A model generated the notes under the pieces. That model did not search any database. It was not told where the DNA came from and saw only the letters and a program-made list of their open reading frames with translations. This document shows, piece by piece, positions 9,727 to 17,778 of a stretch of DNA of 64,000 bases. A program made the translations under genes and the position numbers. How positions within the stretch are numbered: position 1 is the first letter of the stretch; the number at the start of each line of letters is the position of its first letter. The stretch is from a virus: positions 32,241 through 96,240 of IMG/VR virus record IMGVR_UViG_3300043434_000693; one strand, given 5' to 3'.

Positions 9727-10560
9727 TTACTTCTTTCCGCCGATTAAACTTTTCTTGTTATCTGCTTTTTCACTTTGGCCTTTCTTTTCAGGACCATGAC
9801 CTGGTTCCTTGTGTGTAAATGCAGACTTTGCTGCTTTTGCACCAGGAACATTAATGTTTCCAAAGTTTTCTTCCTTAGTTGCCGGATTTAAAAGACCACC
9901 TTTAGTGCCTTCTCCTTTAGCTTCTCCGCCGAACTTAGGTGCTGTTCCGCCCATGTCGTTATACTTTGGCTTATTGAATAAGCTCTTTGTATTTTGTCCG
10001 TTATCACCATGCTTCGGTTTTGCAACAGCGTTTACATATTCAAGCATTGCTGCAAGTTCGTCAACAGGTTCTTCTGGGCCAAACTCATCTCCGCCCATGT
10101 CGTCCATTCCGCCCATGTCGTCGTTGCCAAACATGTCATCATGTTCTGGTTCATCTTGCTCGTCGGCCATTAATTGGTCGAATTCTGCTCTTAAATCGTT
10201 TAATGCGTCTTCGATGTCAAGTACTCGATCTTCGAGGTCACCTTCTGGCTGTTCAGAATCAAATGACGGAGCTTCATCGCTGTCGCCTTCATCGTCGTCA
10301 CTTTCTTCTTCCTCTTCTTCCTCTTCTTCACCGAACGCTTCTTCTACTGACTCTTCTTCCTCTTCTTCTGAAGCTTCATCCATAGATTCTTCTTCTTCCT
10401 CTTCTGATTTTTCATTGAGGTCAAAGTCTTCTGATAATAATTCTTCGTAAATTTCGCGAGATTTCGCAACTACGATGTTATGAAAAATTTCTTTTGCGGT
10501 TTCTTGATCTTCGTTGATCAAAGCATCAAGCATTGCTTCAAATTGAGCACGATCAGTCAT
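9727..10560 (-). CDS. Highly acidic prohead core protein (gp67/gp68-like position)
   Basis: 277 aa with poly-Glu/Asp tracts and a basic C-terminus; lies between portal and protease. Confidence 0.65.
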   Translation of the reverse strand: MTDRAQFEAMLDALINEDQETAKEIFHNIVVAKSREIYEELLSEDFDLNEKSEEEEEESMDEASEEEEEESVEEAFGEEEEEEEEESDDDEGDSDEAPSFDSEQPEGDLEDRVLDIEDALNDLRAEFDQLMADEQDEPEHDDMFGNDDMGGMDDMGGDEFGPEEPVDELAAMLEYVNAVAKPKHGDNGQNTKSLFNKPKYNDMGGTAPKFGGEAKGEGTKGGLLNPATKEENFGNINVPGAKAAKSAFTHKEPGHGPEKKGQSEKADNKKSLIGGKK

Positions 10561-10601
10561 GTTAATTCTCCTAATTTGTTAATAATTACAAGGCTGTAAT
10601 A

Positions 10602-10609
10602 TATTTACA
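10602..10609 (-). promoter_or_regulatory. Probable late promoter (TGTAAATA) for the core/protease/scaffold/capsid genes
   Basis: TAAATA core in the intergenic gap, about 40 nt upstream of the 10560 start. Confidence 0.5.
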
Positions 10610-10671
10610 CTACTTATATCAAAATAGTGGAAATATGGTGTAAAAACACCTTGTTTTTGATCATTTTTTAT

Positions 10672-10911
10672 TTATACTGCCGGGGCAGGAGGATTAGCAT
10701 ACATTGCGTGGATAAATTCTAATTCATTCTCTTGTTCAAGTATGTGAGCTTCGCTTGCTTTTCGAAGTTCGTTTAACTGTCGAAGAGTTAAACGAGTTTT
10801 CCTAGTATCTCCGCGATGCATTGTAGTTGTATCACGAGAAGGATTGTATCTTAGATCACTCGTCTGCGATCTAGTATCCGGATCAATATAAAAAAGTTCT
10901 CTAAGAATCAT
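10672..10911 (-). CDS. Hypothetical head-module protein
   Basis: 79 aa with RKTRLTLRQLNELRK motif; directly downstream of the portal gene. Confidence 0.7.
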   Translation of the reverse strand: MILRELFYIDPDTRSQTSDLRYNPSRDTTTMHRGDTRKTRLTLRQLNELRKASEAHILEQENELEFIHAMYANPPAPAV

Positions 10912-10915
10912 ATTG

Positions 10916-10923
10916 TATTTATG
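10916..10923 (-). promoter_or_regulatory. Late promoter box (CATAAATA) overlapping the portal stop codon
   Basis: The box ends 4 nt before the ATG at 10911. Confidence 0.45.
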
Positions 10924-12667
10924 CTACTGGTGGTGGAGTTGTAGGTGGTGTTAATGGTGATGCTTCTCCGGCAACAGGATTCGTTGCTCCTATCTCGCCT
11001 TCCATGTCTTCAGGTGCAGATAAGTCGCCGGCCATTCCAAGATCCCCTTCTATCCCTGCTGCACTCAGACCTGCTGAACGTAACTCGCCGGCGGCATCTG
11101 TATGCGTCGGCATTCCTTTACCGTTCTCTTCACCCCATAAACGTTCGTTTTCGGCTACTTCTTCGTCGGTTAATCCTAAAAATCTCTTTAATGCAAATCG
11201 ATTACTAATAAAAGGAATAGCTTGAATTGTATTAAAGGTATTAATTCTTTCTGCATCTATACTTGCTTGGCGAGAACTTGCAAAGTTCATAGGAGGATTA
11301 AAGTTAATTTCAAATAAACTTGGATCGATGTTTAATCCTTTGGTATACATGAACATTTTGAATTCTGTATCAAAGACTTCTGTTAAAAGATATTGAAGTC
11401 TTTCGCAATACTTGTTAAATCTCAGTTCTTGAATATATGCTGTTCCAACACGACCGTCGTTGAAACTTGCTTGACTGTCATCTGCTCCGGTAGGCAAGTA
11501 ACTGCTTGGGATTCTTAATCCGCGGAAAAGTTTGTTTGTAAAATATTTTAAGTCGTCGATTTCACCTAAGTTTGTTCCGCCTGGCAAGGTATCTACTTTA
11601 CTTCCTCTACCGTCAGATGTTTGCGGGAAGAAGTAATCTTCATTAATAGATAATGGATTATAAGCACTATCGATAACATTTTGGCCGCCGCCAGATTGAC
11701 TCGGGATTCTTCTTTGATGTATTTCGTTTTTGATTCTTTCTACATACGCCATAGCTAAGTGGCTTGGCATGTTACCAACATCAATGTAAAATATTCTACG
11801 TTCCGGTGCTCTTTGTATTCTGTAAATTAAAATAGCATCTTCTAATAATTCTTTTTGTTTGTATACTTTAAAAACATTTTCTAATAAACTATTACCAAAC
11901 GGATAATTGTTATCTAATCCTTCTGACAGACTAAGATGAACTACATGTTCAGCATCGATTGCGCATTCGGTTTCCGATAATCCAAATCTACTGCCTGAAC
12001 TTGATGTGGGATACGGCCCACTTGTTCCCCGTTGTGTAGCATTTGCACCTAAATAACCACTAGAAGGGATAACTCCTCCGCCGTTTTGTCTCGGATTAAT
12101 GTTAGGTGTGATTTGAGTAGCAACTAAATGTTCAAAATTTGGTGCTAAATCTTTGATTATATATTGTTCAGGTCGTTTTCCGTCGCTTTCATTGACAATA
12201 ATCTTTACAATTTTGCTTGGGTCAATCCAGTGCCATTTTTGAGTTTCTGGATCTCTAATAAAAAATGAGTCACCGTACTTAAATGTGTTACGAATTATTC
12301 TAAAAATTCTAGTATCAAACTTTTGTATTTTGTTCCATTGCTGCATGTATTCGCTTAGAATTCGAACTTCTGAGTTCGTAGCTTTGCTACGCCACTTAAC
12401 AGTAAAAGGACTTTTGCCGTCTTTTAATTTTTGTGTACAAAATTCAGCAAGAATGTCCAATGCTGCATTGATTTCAGGATCGCTATCCATAACTTCATAT
12501 TGTTGATATCTTTCAATACGATTCGGACTTCCTGTATAAACATCAGGCAAGTAACTAGAATAATTTGTTTGAGCAGGGCCAGGACGAGATGTGATCGATC
12601 TTCCAGGTATAGTGCTTATTTCAGAACTTTCTGTATTAACCGGGGTAAAATATTTTTTCCATGACAT
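10919..12667 (-). CDS. gp20: Portal vertex protein (gp20-like)
   Basis: 582 aa. Motifs LLEDAILIYRIQRAPERRIFYIDVGNMP, EDYFFP..GRGSKVDTLPGG.NLGEIDDL.YF and ELRFNKY. Confidence 0.97.
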   Translation of the reverse strand: MSWKKYFTPVNTESSEISTIPGRSITSRPGPAQTNYSSYLPDVYTGSPNRIERYQQYEVMDSDPEINAALDILAEFCTQKLKDGKSPFTVKWRSKATNSEVRILSEYMQQWNKIQKFDTRIFRIIRNTFKYGDSFFIRDPETQKWHWIDPSKIVKIIVNESDGKRPEQYIIKDLAPNFEHLVATQITPNINPRQNGGGVIPSSGYLGANATQRGTSGPYPTSSSGSRFGLSETECAIDAEHVVHLSLSEGLDNNYPFGNSLLENVFKVYKQKELLEDAILIYRIQRAPERRIFYIDVGNMPSHLAMAYVERIKNEIHQRRIPSQSGGGQNVIDSAYNPLSINEDYFFPQTSDGRGSKVDTLPGGTNLGEIDDLKYFTNKLFRGLRIPSSYLPTGADDSQASFNDGRVGTAYIQELRFNKYCERLQYLLTEVFDTEFKMFMYTKGLNIDPSLFEINFNPPMNFASSRQASIDAERINTFNTIQAIPFISNRFALKRFLGLTDEEVAENERLWGEENGKGMPTHTDAAGELRSAGLSAAGIEGDLGMAGDLSAPEDMEGEIGATNPVAGEASPLTPPTTPPPVA

Positions 12668-12675
12668 AATTTTTA

Positions 12676-15120
12676 TTATCCAAATCGATTACCGGACAAC
12701 CGTTGTGTCTCTTTAATCTGTTTATTGCTCGCTTCGTTAATGGCTTCTGTGTGTTCAGTCATTCTACCAATATTGTTATTTAACTCAACTAATATATCAT
12801 ACACATCATTTAAGGAGACTGATCTTGCTACAACTTTTGGCTGTTCTTGAGGCACAGGTGTTGCTTTTTGAGTTTCTTTTGCTAATACTCCTGATTGTTC
12901 CGCTTCGTATTTTGCTTTTAATGCTGCTGCATCATCGCCTGCACCGAGAGTTGACATTGAAACTTTAGGTTCTTCGGGTTTTTTAATTTCAGCTAATGAA
13001 GATTTGATATTAGTTGTATCAATTTTTGGTGCAACTACTGATTTATCTGTTTCTACAGGCTTTTCTGCGCCAGTTAACTTATCATAAAGGTTTCCGAATT
13101 CATCTCCGATACCAAACATAGCATCTGATATCCCTGTCGGAACTAAATCACTTGCAAATGAAGTTAAGTCATCAAAGAAACTAGAATCGTCTCCGGTTTT
13201 TTCTTCTTCTAATTTTTTCTCTTCTTTAATCGAGCTTGTATCTAAAGGTATAATTTTAGATAGTTCATTTACAATAGAATTTCCGATATCATCAAATTGT
13301 GGAAGAATTTTTCGAGTACTTGCTGCTATTGATTGTGCATCTGCTGGTTTGTTTTCGCTAAATGCATCGCCTAAACTTTTAAATTGCTCAGTGAAATCAA
13401 ATTTTGAAAATAATTTTTGCATTTGGGCTTTGTTTGCTACAATTTCTTCACCGTGAAGTAATGCTGGAGTACCAGATGAGCTAAATTTTTCAAACATTCC
13501 ATTAAAATCTAACCCGCCGTCTAAGAATTTTTGAAAATTTGGAGTTCCGTCTGCATATTCTTGTTTAAATTCAGGAACTTTAAGCATGTCTTCTACACTT
13601 TGAGAAGGTTTTACTCCTAAGTAGTCTTTTATTTTACCCATAGCTTCAGGAACAATGTTCTTTTGCATTTCAGCTGCTTGCTCAGGAGATTGTCTAACAA
13701 TGCTGTCGTTTAATTGTTTTATAGTTTCATTTAATTCTTTATTTGAATTAACAAGATTATCCATGTTTACATTAAGACCAGCTGTTTGATCAAGTAGAGC
13801 CGCATTACTTTGAGCAATCGTGTGTGCTAATTCGATCGAAGTTTTATCTAAAGGACGACCTTCTCTATCTACTCCGGTCATTTCTCCAGTAACTTCTTTT
13901 TTCATTTGTGCCGCTGCTTCTTCAGGGGATAAAGGTTCTTTGCCCGCAGTTTCAATTTCTTTTACCTTTGCGCTAGTTGCCCTTAATGCTTCTTGGCTAC
14001 CGGTCATAATATCTTTAGATGCGGTGTTTAATCCGCCAGTTACTAAGGTAATTTGGTCTCTAAAGGCTTCTGTTTTTTGATATTCAAGTACAGAAACTTT
14101 AGCTCTTTCCATTGCTGCTTGTGCTTCAGCTTTTTGTTGATCAGTTACTGCATTTTTTTGCATCATGACTGCTTGCTCAAGTTCTGCCCCTGCAGGACCC
14201 AATGCTGATATTAGTTCAGTTCCTCGTTGAGTTCTTATGCCGCCTGTGAAAATTTCGTCTGTTAAATCTTTAACTGCGGGGCCTAATGCATCGAGCTCGC
14301 TGTTCATTTGACGATATCGATCTTGTGCTGCCTCGTCTAAATGCATTAATTCAGCTTGTATTTGTACATTGTCGAGTCTTGATTGCTGTTCTTTTATCTG
14401 TGCTTCACGACTAGTTCCGTATAATCTAGTATTTTGCTCCATTGATACTGCAAGTTCTTGTGCAGACTCAGTAAGTTGGCGTTGCGATCTTTCACTTGAA
14501 AGATCCATATTGTACCGTTTATATGCAGATGTAACCATAATGTTGTTAATGTCATCTGTTGACATTCCTAATTTGGTTAATTGCTGTATAACTCCTGATT
14601 CTCTAAGATTTTTGCCGAATAACAAGAAGTTTTCTTGAGATCTATTAACTGTAGACCCTAACCCTGCTAGATTTTCTGAATTGTTAGCTACAACTGATCG
14701 GTATTGTTCGAGAGACATCCCTGCACCGGTGACTTGTTTGGCCATTCCGGTTAGGTCTTGATTGAAGTTTGCGCCTGATTTTTGTAGATCTTGCTGAACA
14801 TTGTATGTTGACATTACCATGTCTTGTGCAGAGCTTCCTACACTTGATAATGCTGCTCCGATCCCAGGAACTTTCGACATTGCTTGGTTAAATGTGTCGA
14901 ATGCTGTGGATACATTTACAGATCCTTTATATAAACCAGCTAACCCTGATGATGCCTTGTCTACTGCTGTGTTAAAAACTCCTAAACCAGGTACAGAACC
15001 GCTTAACGAGCTTCCTGCACTAGGTGCCGGGGCACTTGCATTTGGTCGAACTATCGATGCTAGAGTGCTCGTTTGCTCTCTAATTAGGTCTCGCATGTCT
15101 TCTTTTGTTAGATCAGTCAT
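12676..15120 (-). CDS. Tape-measure-like tail protein
   Basis: 814 aa, Ala/Gln/Ser-rich and largely helical, with ADGT...PALLHGEEIV motif common in tape measures; adjacent to the gp26-like gene. Confidence 0.7.
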   Translation of the reverse strand: MTDLTKEDMRDLIREQTSTLASIVRPNASAPAPSAGSSLSGSVPGLGVFNTAVDKASSGLAGLYKGSVNVSTAFDTFNQAMSKVPGIGAALSSVGSSAQDMVMSTYNVQQDLQKSGANFNQDLTGMAKQVTGAGMSLEQYRSVVANNSENLAGLGSTVNRSQENFLLFGKNLRESGVIQQLTKLGMSTDDINNIMVTSAYKRYNMDLSSERSQRQLTESAQELAVSMEQNTRLYGTSREAQIKEQQSRLDNVQIQAELMHLDEAAQDRYRQMNSELDALGPAVKDLTDEIFTGGIRTQRGTELISALGPAGAELEQAVMMQKNAVTDQQKAEAQAAMERAKVSVLEYQKTEAFRDQITLVTGGLNTASKDIMTGSQEALRATSAKVKEIETAGKEPLSPEEAAAQMKKEVTGEMTGVDREGRPLDKTSIELAHTIAQSNAALLDQTAGLNVNMDNLVNSNKELNETIKQLNDSIVRQSPEQAAEMQKNIVPEAMGKIKDYLGVKPSQSVEDMLKVPEFKQEYADGTPNFQKFLDGGLDFNGMFEKFSSSGTPALLHGEEIVANKAQMQKLFSKFDFTEQFKSLGDAFSENKPADAQSIAASTRKILPQFDDIGNSIVNELSKIIPLDTSSIKEEKKLEEEKTGDDSSFFDDLTSFASDLVPTGISDAMFGIGDEFGNLYDKLTGAEKPVETDKSVVAPKIDTTNIKSSLAEIKKPEEPKVSMSTLGAGDDAAALKAKYEAEQSGVLAKETQKATPVPQEQPKVVARSVSLNDVYDILVELNNNIGRMTEHTEAINEASNKQIKETQRLSGNRFG

Positions 15121-15145
15121 AAAAAAATCTCTAAAAATATTGGTT

Positions 15146-15153
15146 TATAAATA
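15146..15153 (+). promoter_or_regulatory. Late promoter (perfect TATAAATA)
   Basis: Exact T4 late consensus, ending 24 nt upstream of the 15178 ATG; AGGAG RBS follows. Confidence 0.75.
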
Positions 15154-15159
15154 CTCTTA

Positions 15160-15167
15160 TATTTATC
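15160..15167 (-). promoter_or_regulatory. Late promoter (GATAAATA) for the tape-measure/portal genes
   Basis: Box on the minus strand about 40 nt upstream of the 15120 start. Confidence 0.6.
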
Positions 15168-15177
15168 AGGAGTTATT

Positions 15178-16005
15178 ATGGCTGAAAATCCATTACAGCA
15201 ATTTTTTCGTCAACCTAAAATTTACATTTCGCTTCCGTCAAAAGGAATCTACAATCCCCCGGGATCAATTCAAGGTGAAGTAGAGAATATTGCAATTTAT
15301 GGCATGACCGGGATGGACGAGATTGTTATTAAGACTCCTGATGCATTACTATCCGGGGAAAGTACAGTAAAAATTATCGAAAGTTGCTGTCCTTCAATTA
15401 AAGATGGGTGGTCAACTTCTGCATTAGATACCGATTTGTTATTAACTGCGATAAGAATAGCAACTTACGGAAATCAATTATCTGTAGACAAGAAATGTGC
15501 AAAATGCGGCGAAGAAAACAGCTATGATATAGATCTAAGTAACATTATTGACCATTTTAATCGTTGTAACTTCGAAAATAAAGTAGTATTAAAGGATTTT
15601 GTAATTAAATTACAACCATTAAGCTATCGTCAAACTACAAATTTTTCCATTAAAAACTTTCAAATACAACAAAGACTTGCACAATCAGATTCTATTCAAG
15701 ATGAAACTGAAAAGAAAAATATCATTACGCAATTATTTAAAGAACTTGCTGAATTACAAAATGAGATTTTTTCTGCAAGTGTAGATTCTGTTGACTTAGG
15801 AACAACAGTTGTAACTGAAAGGGTTTATATCGACGAATGGTTAAAAAACTGCGAATCTATTATTTTTGATGAAATTAAAAAAGTTTTCAATCAAAATAGA
15901 GAAACTTGGCGTATTCCGTCGGTTAAAGTTCAATGTTCTGCGTGTGAACACGAGTCTGATCTAACTATAAATCTTGATAATTCAAGTTTTTTCGCGAGAG
16001 CCTGA
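15178..16005 (+). CDS. gp26: Baseplate hub assembly / tail assembly chaperone protein (T4 gp26-like)
   Basis: 275 aa. Motifs NPLQQFFRQPKIYISLPSKG and D.DLLL.AIRIATYG, two CxxC pairs (CAKC, CSAC), and a C-terminal FF. Confidence 0.75.
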   Translation: MAENPLQQFFRQPKIYISLPSKGIYNPPGSIQGEVENIAIYGMTGMDEIVIKTPDALLSGESTVKIIESCCPSIKDGWSTSALDTDLLLTAIRIATYGNQLSVDKKCAKCGEENSYDIDLSNIIDHFNRCNFENKVVLKDFVIKLQPLSYRQTTNFSIKNFQIQQRLAQSDSIQDETEKKNIITQLFKELAELQNEIFSASVDSVDLGTTVVTERVYIDEWLKNCESIIFDEIKKVFNQNRETWRIPSVKVQCSACEHESDLTINLDNSSFFARA

Positions 16006-16226
16006 TTAGACTAGACCAATCTCAAATAGCAGATCATCTAATTGGGCTTGACAACGATGTTAAAAATTTCAAATTAGAGCTTTATCGGCTTGTTTGGTAT
16101 ATGCGCGGGGGCGTTAGTATCGATAATCTGTTGTATAATTTAAGTTATGACGACAGATCTGCGATGTACGCTGTTGTAAAAGACAACATCGAATTAACTA
16201 AAGAAACAAAAATGCCCCTTATTTAG
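15987..16226 (+). CDS. Start-less ORF in the -1 frame; probable frameshift extension of the gp26-like protein (gp51/GT-like)
   Basis: The frame opens after TAA at 15978-15980, passes the slippery T TTT TTC (15987-15993) and reads RESLIRLDQSQIADHLIGLDNDVKNFKLELYRLVWYMRGGVSIDNLLYNLSYDDRSAMYAVVKDNIELTKETKMPLI to TAG at 16224-16226. It fills the gap between neighbouring genes exactly. Confidence 0.75.
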   Translation, partial: FFRESLIRLDQSQIADHLIGLDNDVKNFKLELYRLVWYMRGGVSIDNLLYNLSYDDRSAMYAVVKDNIELTKETKMPLI

Positions 16227-17221
16227 AATGCTTTGATTCTAGTCTTCCCGGTTGCTGTATTTTTTTGAACATTTGGACTTATATCTACCCATGTTCCTTG
16301 ATCTGGGATTTGAGGAGTAGATACTTTAGGCTTTTCGCTCGGGGTAGGCGATTGTTTTGGTGCTGGTTGAGTTTTATTACTAGTCGACGGTTCAACTGAT
16401 TGATCAGTAGGTACTTCCGGTGATTGATCAGTAGATGTATCGGCTGTTTCCGAACCTTTAATTGCTGTAATTAATGCATTCTTTGCTTTATTATACAATG
16501 CACCCGAAATCTCAACACCTTCTGCTGTTATCAAAGTAGCAAGTGCTTTCCTTCCTTCTGCGGTATTAATCCATGCATAGAATGCTGCGGTAGCAGCAGG
16601 TGCTAGTGCAGACAATAACGGTCCCACAAATGGAATTGCACCTAAAACTTTAGTAATAATAGGACCACTAATTAACATTGCAGCAATGCTATCTACTAAT
16701 AAACCTTGTTCAAATAGTTTACGTTCGTTAAACGAAGCTTCTGTCATTTTATTGCTTGCTAGTTGTTGTTCGTATGCAGACATATGAACATAATATTGAT
16801 AAAAAGGTGCTATTAATCCTATTGATTTAACAAATTTTAACAACTTACCTGCACTAGACTTAAAAATTTCAAACCCTTTACCAATTTGAGATCCTATTTG
16901 AGCTGCACTTTGTGAAACTGATAATTCTCTAGCAAGTGCAGGTGCTTTTGACTGGGCAAGTTTTAATACTCGTGGATCATTAGCAAACTTCTTTCCTACA
17001 ATAGCTTCAATTTGTGCTGGATCTGTAGTTCTTATAGATCCATGATCTAAAATTTCATTAGCCCATGTTTGTGCTAAATTTTTTATAGCATCTGGCTTTG
17101 ATAAAGTATTTGCGATACTTGACATCGCCGAAGAAACACCAGGGATAGCAGAAGCCATCTTTGTAAATATTCCTGCTTCATTAAGATCATTATTTTCGGA
17201 AACAATTTCACTAATTTTCAT
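16223..17221 (-). CDS. Hypothetical late protein with hydrophobic helices (possible internal/ejected virion protein)
   Basis: 332 aa. N-terminus MKISEIVSE..DLNE, hydrophobic segments around residues 185-220 and a Pro/Thr/Ser-rich tail; preceded by a perfect late promoter. Confidence 0.6.
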   Translation of the reverse strand: MKISEIVSENNDLNEAGIFTKMASAIPGVSSAMSSIANTLSKPDAIKNLAQTWANEILDHGSIRTTDPAQIEAIVGKKFANDPRVLKLAQSKAPALARELSVSQSAAQIGSQIGKGFEIFKSSAGKLLKFVKSIGLIAPFYQYYVHMSAYEQQLASNKMTEASFNERKLFEQGLLVDSIAAMLISGPIITKVLGAIPFVGPLLSALAPAATAAFYAWINTAEGRKALATLITAEGVEISGALYNKAKNALITAIKGSETADTSTDQSPEVPTDQSVEPSTSNKTQPAPKQSPTPSEKPKVSTPQIPDQGTWVDISPNVQKNTATGKTRIKAF

Positions 17222-17242
17222 TTTTCAAAATCCTTATAGAAC

Positions 17243-17250
17243 TATTTATA
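17243..17250 (-). promoter_or_regulatory. Late promoter (perfect TATAAATA)
   Basis: Exact consensus 21 nt upstream of the 17221 ATG, abutting a hairpin. Confidence 0.75.
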
Positions 17251-17320
17251 GTTGAACTACGTTCAACTGTGTTTTCGCTATCGCTCAACACATATTGTTT
17301 CTTTTTTGAAGGGCGAAGCA
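17250..17320. repeat. Cluster of short inverted repeats with DNA-type GNA/GNNA loops
   Basis: Minus strand: AGTTGAAC-GTA-GTTCAACT (17250-17268) and TGTGTT-GA-GC-GATA-GC-GAA-AACACA (17268-17292). Plus strand: GCGAAGC (17313-17319). Confidence 0.6.
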
Positions 17321-17324
17321 TTTT

Positions 17325-17775
17325 TAAGATTATCTAGATTAATCGGCCATATTTCGCCCTGCGAGGGGCGAAAAAAATAAACTGGATATTATCTGAGTAT
17401 CACAGCCATATAGCGTTAGGACTATAATGTTACATAAAGATAGCATAAATCAATTAAATGTTATCTTTATGTAGCATTTCGTAGGCGGTCATCCGGTACC
17501 TACTCATCCCGTCTTCGTAATGACGGCGGTTTGCAAATATACGCTATAACATATATGCAAACGCGAAGGGTTTCCCTTCTCTTTTAGCCTTTATTGTTCT
17601 AGATAGTTTAAACCGGTTCTGTGAAGGCACATCCGATCATGGTCCTGTTAAGGATACTAAACTAAATCTCTGCTACAGCCCAGAAATCCCGCCTTGCGAC
17701 TTCACCAAGGGTAAGGACACCTAAATATCTTGCCGGTGTGAGCATTATCTGTAGTTAAATTGCCTAAATATGCCT
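17325..17775 (-). ncRNA. Putative large structured non-coding RNA (family not recognised)
   Basis: No ORF. About 46% GC over 17481-17740 by hand count, in an AT-rich genome. At least ten local stems plus long-range complementarities: 17409-17416/17541-17548, 17331-17338/17598-17605, 17394-17399/17501-17506 and 17587-17591/17624-17628. Strand inferred from the operon direction. Confidence 0.6.
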
Positions 17776-17778
17776 TAA

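Noticed and set aside
10300-10405. TCTTCTTCC-type tandem repeats
   Set aside because: They simply encode the poly-Glu tracts of the acidic core protein; no repeat-spacer structure, so not CRISPR.
9809-10450. 213-aa Ser-rich plus-strand ORF and many other antisense or nested ORFs in the track (e.g. 6032-6361, 14801-15283, 53361-53996, 57102-57524)
   Set aside because: Shadow ORFs opposite or inside well-supported genes; explained by codon bias, with no RBS or motifs.
10589-10653. Short inverted repeats (TTTACAC/GTGTAAA, CAAGG/CCTTG) in the gap upstream of the acidic core gene
   Set aside because: Stems are short and AT-rich; not distinguishable from chance without homolog comparison.
17352-17377. 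GC-rich hairpin next to an A7 run as a possible intrinsic terminator
   Set aside because: The U tract lies 5' of the stem on the minus strand and the plus strand has an A tract, so polarity is wrong on both strands. Treated as part of the structured element.
17419-17426. UAUAGUCC on the minus strand resembles the group I intron S element, next to a homing endonuclease
   Set aside because: No matching upstream R element (GACUA) to form P7, no P/Q motifs, and the flanking genes look intact with no split exons.
17606-17710. ACAGAACCGGUUUA and GGUGAAGUCG loosely resemble RNase P RNA conserved regions
   Set aside because: The P4 pairing would be poor, the two segments are too close, and the GAGGAAAGUCC consensus is not met. 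A covariance-model search is needed to exclude it fully.
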